Shown: piece after piece, positions 1-10,773 of the stretch | Position numbering within the stretch: position 1 is the first letter of the stretch | Layout of the letters: each line of letters begins with the position of its first letter | Assembly: GCA_001655205.1 (NCBI GenBank) | Contig: LPNZ01009289.1 | Span: 1-38,597 of the forward strand | Source of the DNA: Lenisia limosa | Taxonomy: Eukaryota > Protista > Breviatea | Reading direction: 5' to 3' | DNA length: 38,597 nt | Made by a program: the position numbers and the translations under genes | The notes under the pieces: model-generated | What the model was told of the DNA's origin: nothing | The model's database searches: none | The model's input: the letters and a program-made list of their open reading frames with translations, nothing else

Positions 1-781
1 GACGGGGGTGACACCTTTATCATTGCAATGCTATAACGAATTACACCGGTTTCATTTCATTCAATTTTCAAAATGACACAGCTACCATACATGACTATGC
101 GTTCTTAAAATACGATCCTGCCCTCAGCCAACCATGGGATGGGCTCGGGGGGAGAGACAACCTCGCCGTCAAACTCAACCTCTTTCTTGAAGTGGGGGAT
201 GATTTCATCCTATAAGGTCATTTCAAGCGAACGTTCTCCACTGTTCCCATTTATAGTTAATTATTTTCATGAGGATATTCGACTAAATCTGAAATTCACC
301 GCGTAGCGCGATATGCGCATGATAAAGGAAGCCTCCATATCTCCACTGATCGTGAGGTCTAAGGCCCAGCAAACCTCAAACTTGCCTAGTACCTCCTTTG
401 CAATGTTAGTGTTACGAGTAATACGGAAAGTGGCAGGAAGAGGCTTCTTGAGGTACTCCATCACACTATCAAACTCCTCATCGCTCATGATGTTGAGACC
501 CTACAGAATAATGTTATTTTAAAGCCAATAAACACCGAAGCAAACCTTGTAGTAAGCAAAGAATCGCTCATTCTCAAGAACAAGTTCGTCCCACCTCTTA
601 AAAGGCTCTCTATTATCAACTATAGGAAGTTAAATAGAGTAGTTGTTGGTGTGGGTCGCATGGATCGGGGTTTGTTGGTGTGGGTCGCATGGATCGGGGT
701 TTTACCCTTACCTTGAGGACCAGCATTCTTTCTGGATTTCTTCCGATCCTTCATTGCCATATGACCGCGACGTCTTACCAT
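1..781 (-). CDS. NSUN2: NSUN2/NCL1/Trm4-type tRNA (cytosine-5)-methyltransferase, 5' part; runs off the left edge
   Basis: Phase-consistent GT-AG exons 781-712, 619-546, 500-375 and 209 to about 110 give MVRRRGHMAMKDRKKSRKNAGPQVDNREPFKRWDELVLENERFFAYYKGLNIMSDEEFDSVMEYLKKPLPATFRITRNTNIAKEVLGKFEDEIIPHFKKEVEFDGEVVSPPEPIPW. This matches the NSUN2/Ncl1 N-terminus (basic tail, EN..F..YY, L..PLP.TFRI, EVDG..V..P.P.PW). The catalytic cysteines lie outside the window. Confidence 0.85.
643..701. repeat. Perfect 29-bp tandem duplication in NSUN2 intron 1
   Basis: TTGTTGGTGTGGGTCGCATGGATCGGGGT at 643-671 and 672-700. Confidence 0.95.
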
Positions 782-1620
782 ATTGTTCACAAAACTGTGC
801 GAAAAAGGGAGGTTTCAATTTTGAAACCGCTTTAAAGCTAGATTCCTGCCAACTATCCGTAGTACGCTGGGCAAAAAATAAAATATGTGGGGTGACACCT
901 GTATTTTTCTCCACTGACGAGTGGATTGCCTTAACAAGTACAAGCCCTGTACACGAGGTGGGACGTGATGTTCTCCCTATTCCCTTCAATCAGACACTTT
1001 ACCGTGAGCTTGGGGGTTGGGGGCTTTTCACAAATGTATGTATGGTCATTGGGCTTTGAGGCGTAAGGGTATATTCTATTGTGAATGTATCCTCCTCCAG
1101 GCATTGGGTCTCATAATGTCATTTTATTGCATCTTCAAAGGTACACTATTCATTGTTTGGGTCTGAATTCGGTTACCGCGTAGGAGGGGGAGAAATGCGT
1201 CTACTGTGCTTCTATTGCGGCGTTCGTCATTGTCCTCTTTCAGCTATCTCTTCAAACAGTTGAGGGGGGGGGGGTGAAGAAACAAGTTAGAGCAATTAAA
1301 TATAATGCCAGATGNNNNNNNNNNNNNNNNNNNNNNNNNNNNNNNNNNNNNNNNNNNNNNNNNNNNNNNNTGAAGAATTTCTGTGTTGTACTTTGAAAAC
1401 AAGAAAGTTACTCTTCAGAATGCGACAAAGTTTTCCGTTCCCATTCAAGAGCCAATGTATTATGTAAGCAGATGCTCTGGAGTTATTTTATACTATCGGA
1501 GTTTGTTTTCTCTGTCCACGGGCCTTTTCTCACGTTGTCTATAAAATGGCGTTCAGAAACAGCTAATGTGTATTTAACATTCTCGCCGCGAATCATAACT
1601 TCTGTTTTTTGAAATCTACA

Positions 1621-2525
1621 TTAGGGGATGATGCAAAAAAGAAGGCTCGCATTTTTTTTGCGCGCATTTTGCTCTCATTTTTGGGTGCTTTTTTGCGAGG
1701 CGGATTTTCCCCGCATTTCGCTCGATTTTGCCTTTTTTTTCCGCTTCTTTTTTTGGATTGTAAACAACAAAAAAATAAGTCAACTATTATATATATACTA
1801 TATATATATATATACATGTATATATATATTATTTCCAAAAGAACAACTCAATCAATCAACATACATGTACCTCTGAAAAGTATTGAGTCTCATTGTGTTT
1901 GCTCATAGAATAGCTTCCATTGCCTCATAGAAAATCCGGCACAAATTTGGTCGAGCTCTAGACAATATTACATAATAATCAAGAAGAAAAAAGAAAACAA
2001 TAAAGGGGAGGGGGGTCTGGAATTGGAATATCGGCAAACGGATTGAACATGTCTTCCAGTGTCAGCCATCGCTGAGGCCATGCGAGTCTTCCAGTGTCAC
2101 CCATCACTGAGGCCATGCGGGTCTTCCACCGATAATGACCAAACAAGACAACTCAAAATATTTCGATTTTGAAGTAAACAAAAACTTTTTTTAAAATGGT
2201 CACGACAATTCAAATTCATGTCTGTTCGTAGTGACAAAAATCAGCACCATTGTCGTTATTTGGGAAGCCTCTCGATCTCAGGAACAGTAAAACAAGAATA
2301 CTTGAGGCTCTTCTCTCACATTGGAAAGTTGACTTTCATTATTTGTTATAAATATCTGGAGTTGTGGAGTGTCAAGATGGAAGCACAATGTGCGGTAAAA
2401 ATATGAGCAAAATGCGGAACATTTGCACCAGACATTTTACATTTGTGTGGCTCGCAATTTGAAAACCCAATGCGCGCAAAATGCGAGCAAAATGCGGAGA
2501 ATTTACCTTGGTACTATCCCCCTAT
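1621..2525. repeat. Inverted pair of degenerate 100-120 bp repeats (about 1621-1722 and 2403-2525); possible TIR-like ends
   Basis: The left copy and the reverse complement of the right copy share, in the same order, TAGGGGAT, CTCGCATTTT(n)GCGCGCATT, TTGCGAG and CCGCATTT(T/C)GCTC. No target-site duplication seen. Confidence 0.4.
2051..2128. repeat. 35-bp tandem repeat, about 2.2 copies
   Basis: GTCTTCCAGTGTCA(G/C)CCATC(G/A)CTGAGGCCATGCG(A/G) at 2051 and 2086, partial copy at 2121. Confidence 0.9.
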
Positions 2526-2850
2526 AGTCAGATCTTCAAGTAATTTGCCGTTCTATTGTTTTTACCACAGTGACGACGTTGTTTGACAATTATATAGTAT
2601 TTCTCATTGCTTCTTTAATATCTATTCCCGTTTTCAACCCTCATGTGTTTCCCAAATACTTTGTCAGCAGAGTTGGTTTTCATTAATATTCCCTTTTATC
2701 CCCTCTGAACCGCAAGAACCTGATAGCTTCATAGCATACATTTGACTGATTGAATAAAACCATAACCTATTTCTACATGCTAACCAGGAAAGCACTTTGT
2801 TTTCCTATCTGGACTAGGACAGAGCGCAGGGTTTCTTTTTAGGTTTGTAG

Positions 2851-3286
2851 AACCTCCCCTTGCAGGACTGCCCATGAAATGTGAGGTAAGAAAGATACCT
2901 ATATTATGTGACTAGTATCCTTAATATAATATTACCTCACTATACAACTCATAAGGAGTGGGAGGGAGGGGAAATCACAAAGTCAGTGTGTGATTTCTTG
3001 CAACTTAAAAAGGGTCCTGAAGATAAAGCCTCACCCTTTATATTGTGAACTGTAAATTCACGGTATATTGATCCATTCTTTTTATCCTAACTATTATTAT
3101 TTTATTTTTTATATTACCCCTTTCCCCTTTCCCTTCACTTTTAACCCGACAGGAAGGGTATCTGTATCTTGGTAATTTGGAGAATTATGATTCGTTAGTT
3201 TCATTCCAATTCTGGTATCTGAGGTTGGCACGTACATTTATCTCACCTTTCTAGGTACAGATAATGTTAGATCAGACTTGTTTTAA
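2851..3286 (+). CDS. Possible 3' exons of a small unidentified gene (5' end unresolved)
   Basis: Three phase-consistent GT-AG exons (2851-2885, 3153-3171, 3255-3286) read EPPLAGLPMKCE-EGYLYLG-TDNVRSDLF*. Too short for any family assignment. Confidence 0.3.
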
Positions 3287-3399
3287 ACCTAAAGTCCATG
3301 GCCATTACTTATCTAACCCCATTTATAGTCTTTTAACCCCACCTATTAACCATGTAACCAACCCCATATTATAACTATCCTGGTTAATCCGCGGTTCTG

Positions 3400-4960
3400 G
3401 GGATAAAACTATCTTAAGCCCTCTGCAGAGGATAACCTGATTTTTACCCCCCCCCCCCCNNNNNNNNNNNNNNNNNNNNNNNNNNNNNNNNNNNNNNNNN
3501 NNNNNNNNNNNNNNNNNNNNNNNNNNNNNNNNNNNNNNNNNNNNNNNNNNNNNNNTGTACAAATGAAGAACACCACGGGTGAAGGGTACATTATAATTCC
3601 CGAAGTACATCTCGGTGTAGGCAGCAATGTCACTGTGGGGATAGGGGAATCGAGGGCTAGTGAAATATTGAGTTAACTGATTTCTATTGTGGTAAATCAA
3701 AGACTTGTAAAAGAAATACAGTTGTCAACCCATTTGTTATTTTTCCGAAATCCTCATAGTTCCCCTTTAGGTTTCCATTTTTGAGGACATAAACATGCCA
3801 GTCCAGCCGAACATGACAAGTCCATCAATGGAAGACCAGTTTTCGTATGTCTGGCATATTTTCTTAGATAGATATATTGGATGTCCAATGGCGCTCTGCT
3901 TTGTCGCATTAATAGAGCATTTATGTGCGTCGTAGGTAACAGCCTAATTTTCAGCTAATCAAATGATATACTGTCATTTTTGAGTAATGTTAGATGCTGT
4001 AAACCAGTCATTGATTTGATCGGCAAGGGTATACCGGAGTATTATCCTCATCAGACTTCACGAGCTATGGTATATTGAAAAAGTCGCTATAAATTATGTA
4101 AGATTTTTACTTTTTTTTTTTTTAATATTAAATACTTTTTGTTCTAACATTTAAGGATAGTCAATCTAGGAGGCTCTCCTGGTGCATATACGCACCTCGG
4201 CTTCTACGGATACTGTATGATAGGCTTATCCTCTTTTTTTTTTGTTTTCTTGTGTCAATTTTGNNNNNNNNNNNNNNNNNNNNNNNNNNNNNNNNNNNNN
4301 NNNNNNNNNNNNNNNNNNNNNNNNNNNNNNNNNNNNNACACACGTTTGGGCGTTCAAATTGTGTATTTCTTCCATTGTCGCTGAAACAGGGAGCTTCTTA
4401 TTTCACCAATATAGTGTTGATGATATACAGCACGATATTTTTCAGCTGTTTGTTTAGTGTCGAACCCGAAGGTCTCATCAGGCACCGATTTCTTCGAACA
4501 GCTTGTGTAGGTTGGGTGCAATGCTGTTCTCAAGTTTAGAGGACCTCCCTAAGTGACGCTTTCGCTTCTTTGAGCAACCACTGACCCAAAATTAGGCAGG
4601 TGTCTTCGGGTCAGTCGTTAATATCTTCATTTGGCTGCTCACCAGCCAGCCATCTGACCGTTACGAAGAACTGTTCTCCGGTAAGCCATTCCAACATCCC
4701 AAAAGATAATAGAATTTCCATTTGGTACATGGGTCACTGTTTAGATCTTATGAGTGGGTGTGATAAAGAGTCTACTCTCATTGAATCAGCGCTTTGCCTT
4801 CCTCTTGATGCTTTCAGTGGGTGGTAATGGAATGGTTTTGTAATGTGAGTAATATTGGATGATTGATCCACTACTTCACATCGTAATTGGAGGAAGCCTT
4901 GTAATTGATCACAGTCTTTTCGAAAGTATTCACTTCTCTTAACAGTATTGACTGCATAAG
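3400..4960 (-). CDS. Unidentified multi-exon protein; boundaries approximate, two gaps inside
   Basis: Exon-like blocks bounded by AG/GT: THVPNGNSIIFWDVGMAYRRTVLRNGQMAG, IAPNLHKLFEEI-AEKYRAVYHQHYI-ATMEEIHNLNAQ (three phase-consistent exons), AVTYDAHKCSINATKQ...CQTYENWSSIDGLVMFGWTG, YFTSPRFPYPHSDIAAYTEMYFGNYNVPF. No family recognised; start and stop not fixed. Confidence 0.45.
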
Positions 4961-5110
4961 CACAAAATTTGACCCATTTAGCCCCCTTTCATCATGATGA
5001 ATTGGACGAGACCGATGCCATGTTCAACTTCATGCCATTTTCTTTCCTATTCAGTGAGAGGGCTGCAGAATAGGCGTTGGGTTCCTTTTAATTGTGTTTT
5101 CCAAAGGTTT

Positions 5111-6543
5111 ATGCTATCAATCATTGTTGGTGATACCCTGAACTGAAACCTAATTAGAGAAATCAACTCATTTTGTGTTACTTTTGACAAATGTTTATTC
5201 TGGAAACTCAATCTTTATCATTTTTGTACTTTTTCGACGTTATGTTTTGGAAACATGCGCACAATGTTCTTTGAGGTCGTCTCGCTTTTACCTTTCCAGT
5301 GTCAGCCGGGTTGGGCATACTGATTTGCCTCTGTGTATGTGGGGTTACAACGTATTTTTGCTGGGTAACATCAGCTGTTTATAGTCTTCATTACCAGCCC
5401 TAATGTTTGATACTTACCATTTTAGTACAATCAGAAGGAAATCACCTCAGCGTATCATCGAGTGAGGGGTTTTGGATAGTGATATTTCGATATGGTGTTT
5501 TGTCATTTTCTATTGCAGTTTGCTGTAGTATTGTATAAATGATACAGCCCTCATTCTTTGACACTCCACCCAGGTTACTCTGTTGCACCGAGGACCTGAG
5601 TTCTTTGAAGTCAGTAACACGGACACCATCAATGAGCTTGCCAACCTTGACGTTTTACCATACCCTCCAGAAATCAAGATGAAGCTTGGAATGGATTACT
5701 TACAAGGTCTGATATGGTTAATTTATGGCAGTTTCCATCTCTGTGTTGTCTCTTTTGACGTATGTTTAGGTGTTATTTGTCCAAGAGCCGGGGTTGTTGG
5801 AAGCGGTGACATAAGCGCTGTACCACCCAAAAGCCTCTACAAACGCTTTATTGTGAGAATCTGGTTATAACTTCCGTCTTTGGGGATCAGTGTTTCCACT
5901 ACCTTCACTTCTTGCTATCCTTTTATGATTACAACCCTTCAGCGTGACCATCGCTTCACCTGTAAGATCGCCACAAAAGTAATTGTCGTCATGTTTCTTC
6001 TGTCGTTGATGGCGGTAGGGGGTGTTTTTAATGGTTCTGGATATAATAATCACTTTGTGGTATAAAGCTCATTTTGATTTACTGAATCTTTGCGTTTTCT
6101 TTTTTTCTGCTTTAGGGCGATTAAGTTGTGACATTTTTTTAAAATAAAAAATGGATTATTTGTAAAGTTCATTTTTGAATCAACCAAATCAGACAAATAC
6201 AAAACATAAAGAGATTTGGTTGGAAAACAACCTTTCCAGAGCAACAGCACAAGCTAAGATGGGAGCGATCTGTCGAAGAGACACAAAGGGCGTCGTGGCC
6301 TTCAAGAAGTGCATTGAGGACCTTGATCTGGACAGGTCTATAGGAACTGTAGTGAATCTTTAGTGGAAGTAGTTGCGGCCGGGGTAGAGTTTCGGTGGTT
6401 GGAGGAAGTACTATGAAGGGGGCTCTGGCAAGCGGTACATTCGCAACAGGCAGCCTTTTTTTACTGGGTGTCATCTGTGGGACTTCTTCTTCAGATTCTG
6501 GAGGAATGAAATCAATAGGAGTTGCAAACTACCCAAACCTTGA
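5111..6543 (+). CDS. Predicted type II (signal-anchor) membrane protein; weakly glycosyltransferase-like
   Basis: Phase-consistent exons 5111-5129, 5300-5334, 5426-5461, 5574-5706, 5770-5852 and 5943 onward give MLSIIVVSAGLGILICLCYNQKEITSAYHRVTLLHRGPEFF...GVICPRAGVVGSGDISAVPPKSLYKRFIRDHRF. A likely last exon (6388-6543) reads SFGGWRKYYEGG...GCHLWDFFFRFWRNEINRSCKLPKP*. The + strand introns are T-rich with good donors (GTATGT, GTGAGG, GTGAGA). Joins between 5960 and 6388 are unresolved. Confidence 0.6.
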
Positions 6544-7199
6544 GCTCTAAAAGTGTTACTACAATAGACAGTAGAAAGTAGCTGCGACAAAGTGTTACCC
6601 CTTCCCCTCCCCGTCTGACCATCATTAGCATAAATTACAATATTTGTCTCGTCAAATAGGTAACAGAAGTCAGTGATAGTCGTAGCCCCCTACTTGAAAT
6701 TTTGATCCCAATTGCTATAGTAACCCATGAAAGTACCACTTCGGGTTTTCGGTGAGAAGGACGCTGGAGACTACACCGAGCCTGGCCACATGTGCTCGCG
6801 CTTGCTTCCCCCTCACTCACAACTCACTTAGTGGTTCTGCCGTCAGTCGCCGTCGATATCGCACCTTGCTGCCAAAACTTATCGGACCGCTGAGACTGAG
6901 TTGAATTTTCCCAGAATACACTAAATAAACACGCCACCCTAAGACTCAATTTTTTAATGAACAAAATACATGCATCCCATTAACTTCCGTTCTAATTCCT
7001 CATATTATCATTACTAAACAAATAACTTAAAATATGTTCTGAAACCAAAGTTTATTCGCCCCACTTCGTTTTTTTTTGACATTGATTGTTACTTGGGTTA
7101 CAATTTAATTGAGCTTCACTTTCTACCAAATGCCCTGTAAACTGTCGATGTTATCAAGAAATATATGATTATATTTCAATTTTTCAGGATACAGAAGTG

Positions 7200-10100
7200 T
7201 AATTATATCTCATTTCCACCCTAACATTGCCTAGGCTGTCATCAATAATGCGAAATCTTCGAACCTGGGCATTGAGTCGAGCCCACTTGCTGTAAGTTAT
7301 ATTATGGCGAAATCATATTTTTAAATAATTAAAATATTCCAGTACCCCCCACATCGTCAAGCCGTATTCCAATCAGGCGGGCAGGTGGTTGTTGTTGACA
7401 ACATCAAGTTTGGGGCAAACAACGACGGGTACTATTTCTCTTCTAAACTGGTGTCCCACTCAATGGTTGGTATTTTATTGAGTAATGCATGTACATACAT
7501 ATATATATACATATATAGTATATATATGTATACAGAGGACATACTATTTCGTATTTATCTTCTTATTTGTTGTATAAAGTGAAAATTTATTGTTTCCCAT
7601 TCGATGAAGACATATTAATCTGTTTTAAGAGCCATACAAGATAGTTTTGGATATCAACTATGAAACAAAACTATTTTTACCATTGAATCATCTTCTATCG
7701 TTGGTCATATACTGAGTGCATATTCAGTTTTTTCTTCATCTTGGTCAATAATCAAAACCCAACCAGTTTAGTATAACATCTTGGTCAATCATTAAAACCC
7801 AACCAGTTTAGTACAACATCAAATTTACATTTTTGGAGTTTGATGAGTCAAGCTTCTGAACGATTTTAGGATGATGCTCCTGATGAAAGTGTGTTCAACT
7901 ATGGACCAGATTGGTGGGTGACCTTGAACATATTACATTTAGAGGGATTATTTTTTTATTTATTTTTGTTGATATTAATTTGCAAAAATGTTTGGGTGCA
8001 AACTTAATTTTCACTCCATCCAGGCCGGAGACTGAAACCCAGATGGAGAAAGGCTTTAAAGAGGTTAATGATGGCTTCAACGGACTGTCTGTTAGTGGTG
8101 GGTGGCTTTTGTTTTGTCAGTATGGTTTATACATAGATATTACATTGCTACTCTTATAGTTTTGTCACTCTCCAGAATAGCAATAGCATCAAAGACCTAA
8201 ATGATCTGAAAGAAAAATGATTATGTCACTCTTCTCATTTTGCGACATAATAAATCGCCTTGGCCATGTCTTACCTCCACAGCTGGGTTCATCGCCATCG
8301 TTATTTTGGTTTGCTGCCATTTTGCCGACGGAGAACCAGCACGCACGTGCTGCTGCTTTATCGTTCCATTCTTTTTATTGATCATCTCGTTTTTCCTCGT
8401 ATCGAAGTCACATTCCTGGCAAGGCGACCTTCAATGTGAGTGTGTAGTTCTTGTGGTAGTTCTTGAGTTGTGGTGGTAATGGTGGTTGCTTCTCAAAAAC
8501 CAGTCTTCTGTTTTGTTGAGGATTAAACTTTGTATTACATACTTCTCGAATTTTTTTGGTTCCCTTTGGTCAAACAATAAGTTGTGCCTGATTATACAGA
8601 TGATGCAAATTCGCGGAGTTGGATGCCTGAGGGGATGGAGCATGTTTTCGGTAGTCATGGTCTCAATGAACTCAACTACGCAATCAGTACACGGGGTCTT
8701 GCAATTAGGGGCTCACCTGTGCTCGGAAAAGACTTTTTTTTTGAAAAAATTTTGAGGCTCAATGCAATACACATTGGCTCAGAAAGTATCTGATAGTTTT
8801 TCAAGGGAAAATGGTACAGCAGAAGATCAGATTATCTGCTGTTTTACCTTTGATGTACGGAATGGGAAATTTGATCATTGTTCTGTATAATTACTCAAAG
8901 TTTCCCCATTCCTACCTAATTGTTGACTTCAAACATTTCATTTTGTACCAATTCACAGTCTCCAGCAGTTATTTATTGTGTTACATACATGTATATTCAG
9001 CGCACCTGTCTCTAATACTCCACAGTTGCCACAGACACCCATCCTAACGAGACTGAAGTCGTCTCAGGGGCTATAACATTTATCAGTGGGCTGATGGGTT
9101 GATGTGTTGAAAGATCGCATGTATAATAAGTAATTGGATTATTTTGAAGAAATATGATAGTATTTAAATCACTTACACCATCATGTAGTGCATACGTTTC
9201 TTGTCACAGCGTTTAGTTTTTGCTTTCGTTATTTGCTGTGCCAACATTATTGCCCACGATACAGATCCGGTGGGTGGTTGACAGACATTTTGGACACTTG
9301 GGTATGCTTCATTAAATATGTAACACATTATATTATAAATCTCGATACACTAATATCGATATATTTTTGATATTTCACTGACAGAAAATTATCACTTATT
9401 TGTTAGTATGATAATATCATACGCTATTGGGTGATGTCACTTCCTTCCAAGGCTGCACTTCAGTTCTTGGAAATAAGCAACTTTGTCAATGTATTGCTTT
9501 TAAAATCTAATTGGGCTTTCCTCACTCTGATGCTCTAGTTTGGAAAAAATGGAAGCGTTCCAAGTGTGTGGGTAAATGGAGGGTTTCGGTCGTTATCAGA
9601 AGTTTTATTTTATTACGTACATGTATACCTATTGCAAAATTATTGCATCTGATTTGTTATCTCAACACTGGGATATAATTTGAACAAAGCATCTCAACGA
9701 TCGCATTACCCTGTAGATCCGATTGACGCTGTGAAGCCAGGTGTCGATCCCCTGGTCATTCCCGTGGGCTGGTTTTGAGAAGAATCGATATCAGCACTAT
9801 CATTTCTCTAAATTCTTAATGAGTTCAAGAAAAAACTCTACTTTTCCTATTTTCCTGCGCAAGCCCCGAACCCACCCACGCTTTAGATCAAGGGTAGACC
9901 TGACGTTGGGTGTTGGGTCAACTCCCCTCAGGGACGGAGATTGCAAGAGCAGCATGATAGGGAGCTTGAGGAGCTGGCTTTGGCTGAGAGAGAACGCGAG
10001 AATGAAAGGTTCGTCCCTGTCAGTCATGGAATGCTGTGAATGTTGTCCAAACCCTTTTATGCTGTGGTGATTTTTATCAGAGCTACTTGTTAACATTCTT

Positions 10101-10709
10101 CACACTTGGACAGGATAGCGAACGAAACAGCCAGCGCTGAGGCGACCAAACTGGTGCGGAAGTTGGATTGTAGCTTTCAATTATCGTCTAATTGGGATAC
10201 TTAACACGCATTCCCATGACTCCGCAGGCCAAGGAAGATGAGGCGGAAAAGAGACTGCGAAGAGTTCATAAGGAGACAGAAGAGGCTGAAGCGCGCTTGC
10301 AGGTAAGCGGTGTCCCTTGCTGCTACCATTTCGACCATATTACGTGAAATTTCGTGTTACAAACAGCCATTTATTTAATTTCTCCCCAGGTCATGCGAAA
10401 CGAGATTCTGAGAATAGAAAATCAGTCCTCAAGAGGTGGTCCTGGAGCGCCTCACTCCTGGGGTGATTTAAATTAATGTTCACCTTTCCAGGCATGGAGC
10501 CCTTTGACGCGTTGCCTGCAATGGAAAACGAAGCCCCCCCTTCATTCCATGAGGAAAATCAGATGGACGTTCCGCCTCCACCAGGTGAGCCCAGTTTTGT
10601 TTGATATGACAGAAATTATTGTAGATGATTGACATTTTGAGTCGTTTTTTTGAGAATAATGCAAGTAGCTTATGACGAGGTGTTCGACAACAGAGCTGTG
10701 GGTGTTTAA
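7200..10709 (+). CDS. Unidentified multi-exon protein with a hydrophobic Cys-rich segment, a C-terminal coiled coil and a Pro-rich tail (could be two genes)
   Basis: Six phase-consistent exons from 9932 to the TAA at 10707-10709 read GRRLQEQHDRELEELALAERERENER-IANETASAEATKL-AKEDEAEKRLRRVHKETEEAEARLQ-VMRNEILRIENQ...DVPPPP-VAYDEVFDNRAVGV*. Upstream exon-like blocks (VVVVDNIKFGANND, DDAPDESVFNYGPDW-PETETQMEKGFKEVNDGF, GFIAIVILVCCHFADGEPARTCCCFI) could not be joined continuously. The start coordinate is approximate. Confidence 0.55.
7737..7820. repeat. 40-bp tandem repeat, about 2.1 copies
   Basis: CATCTTGGTCAAT(A/C)AT(C/T)AAAACCCAACCAGTTTAGTA(T/C)AA starting at 7737 and 7777. Confidence 0.9.
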
Positions 10710-10773
10710 GTTTATGTTTCTTTTGAGGCTTTGAAAATCTGTTTATCTCTCTTGGTCCTTTTTTATTATGATA

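Noticed and set aside
850-1540. Possible (-) strand gene ending just upstream of NSUN2, including a Myb-like NVRKGPWTE at about 1490-1540
   Set aside because: Several frames are equally open and no unique exon chain emerged. The Myb-like string lacks the following EED and the spaced Trp residues.
1593-1908. ORFs of 81-99 aa on both strands
   Set aside because: They are produced by the GC-containing repeat plus a (TA)n microsatellite at about 1786-1830, with low-complexity translations.
4860-5050. Apparent frameshift at a G5 run (about 4982-4986) joining WHEVEHGIGLVQFIMMKG to AKWVKFCAY
   Set aside because: The gene start here is unresolved and neither frame has a recognisable homologue, so pseudogene or sequencing error cannot be argued.
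10575-10709. WW-binding PPxY motif in PPPPVAY
   Set aside because: The spacing is PP-x-x-Y, not PPxY.
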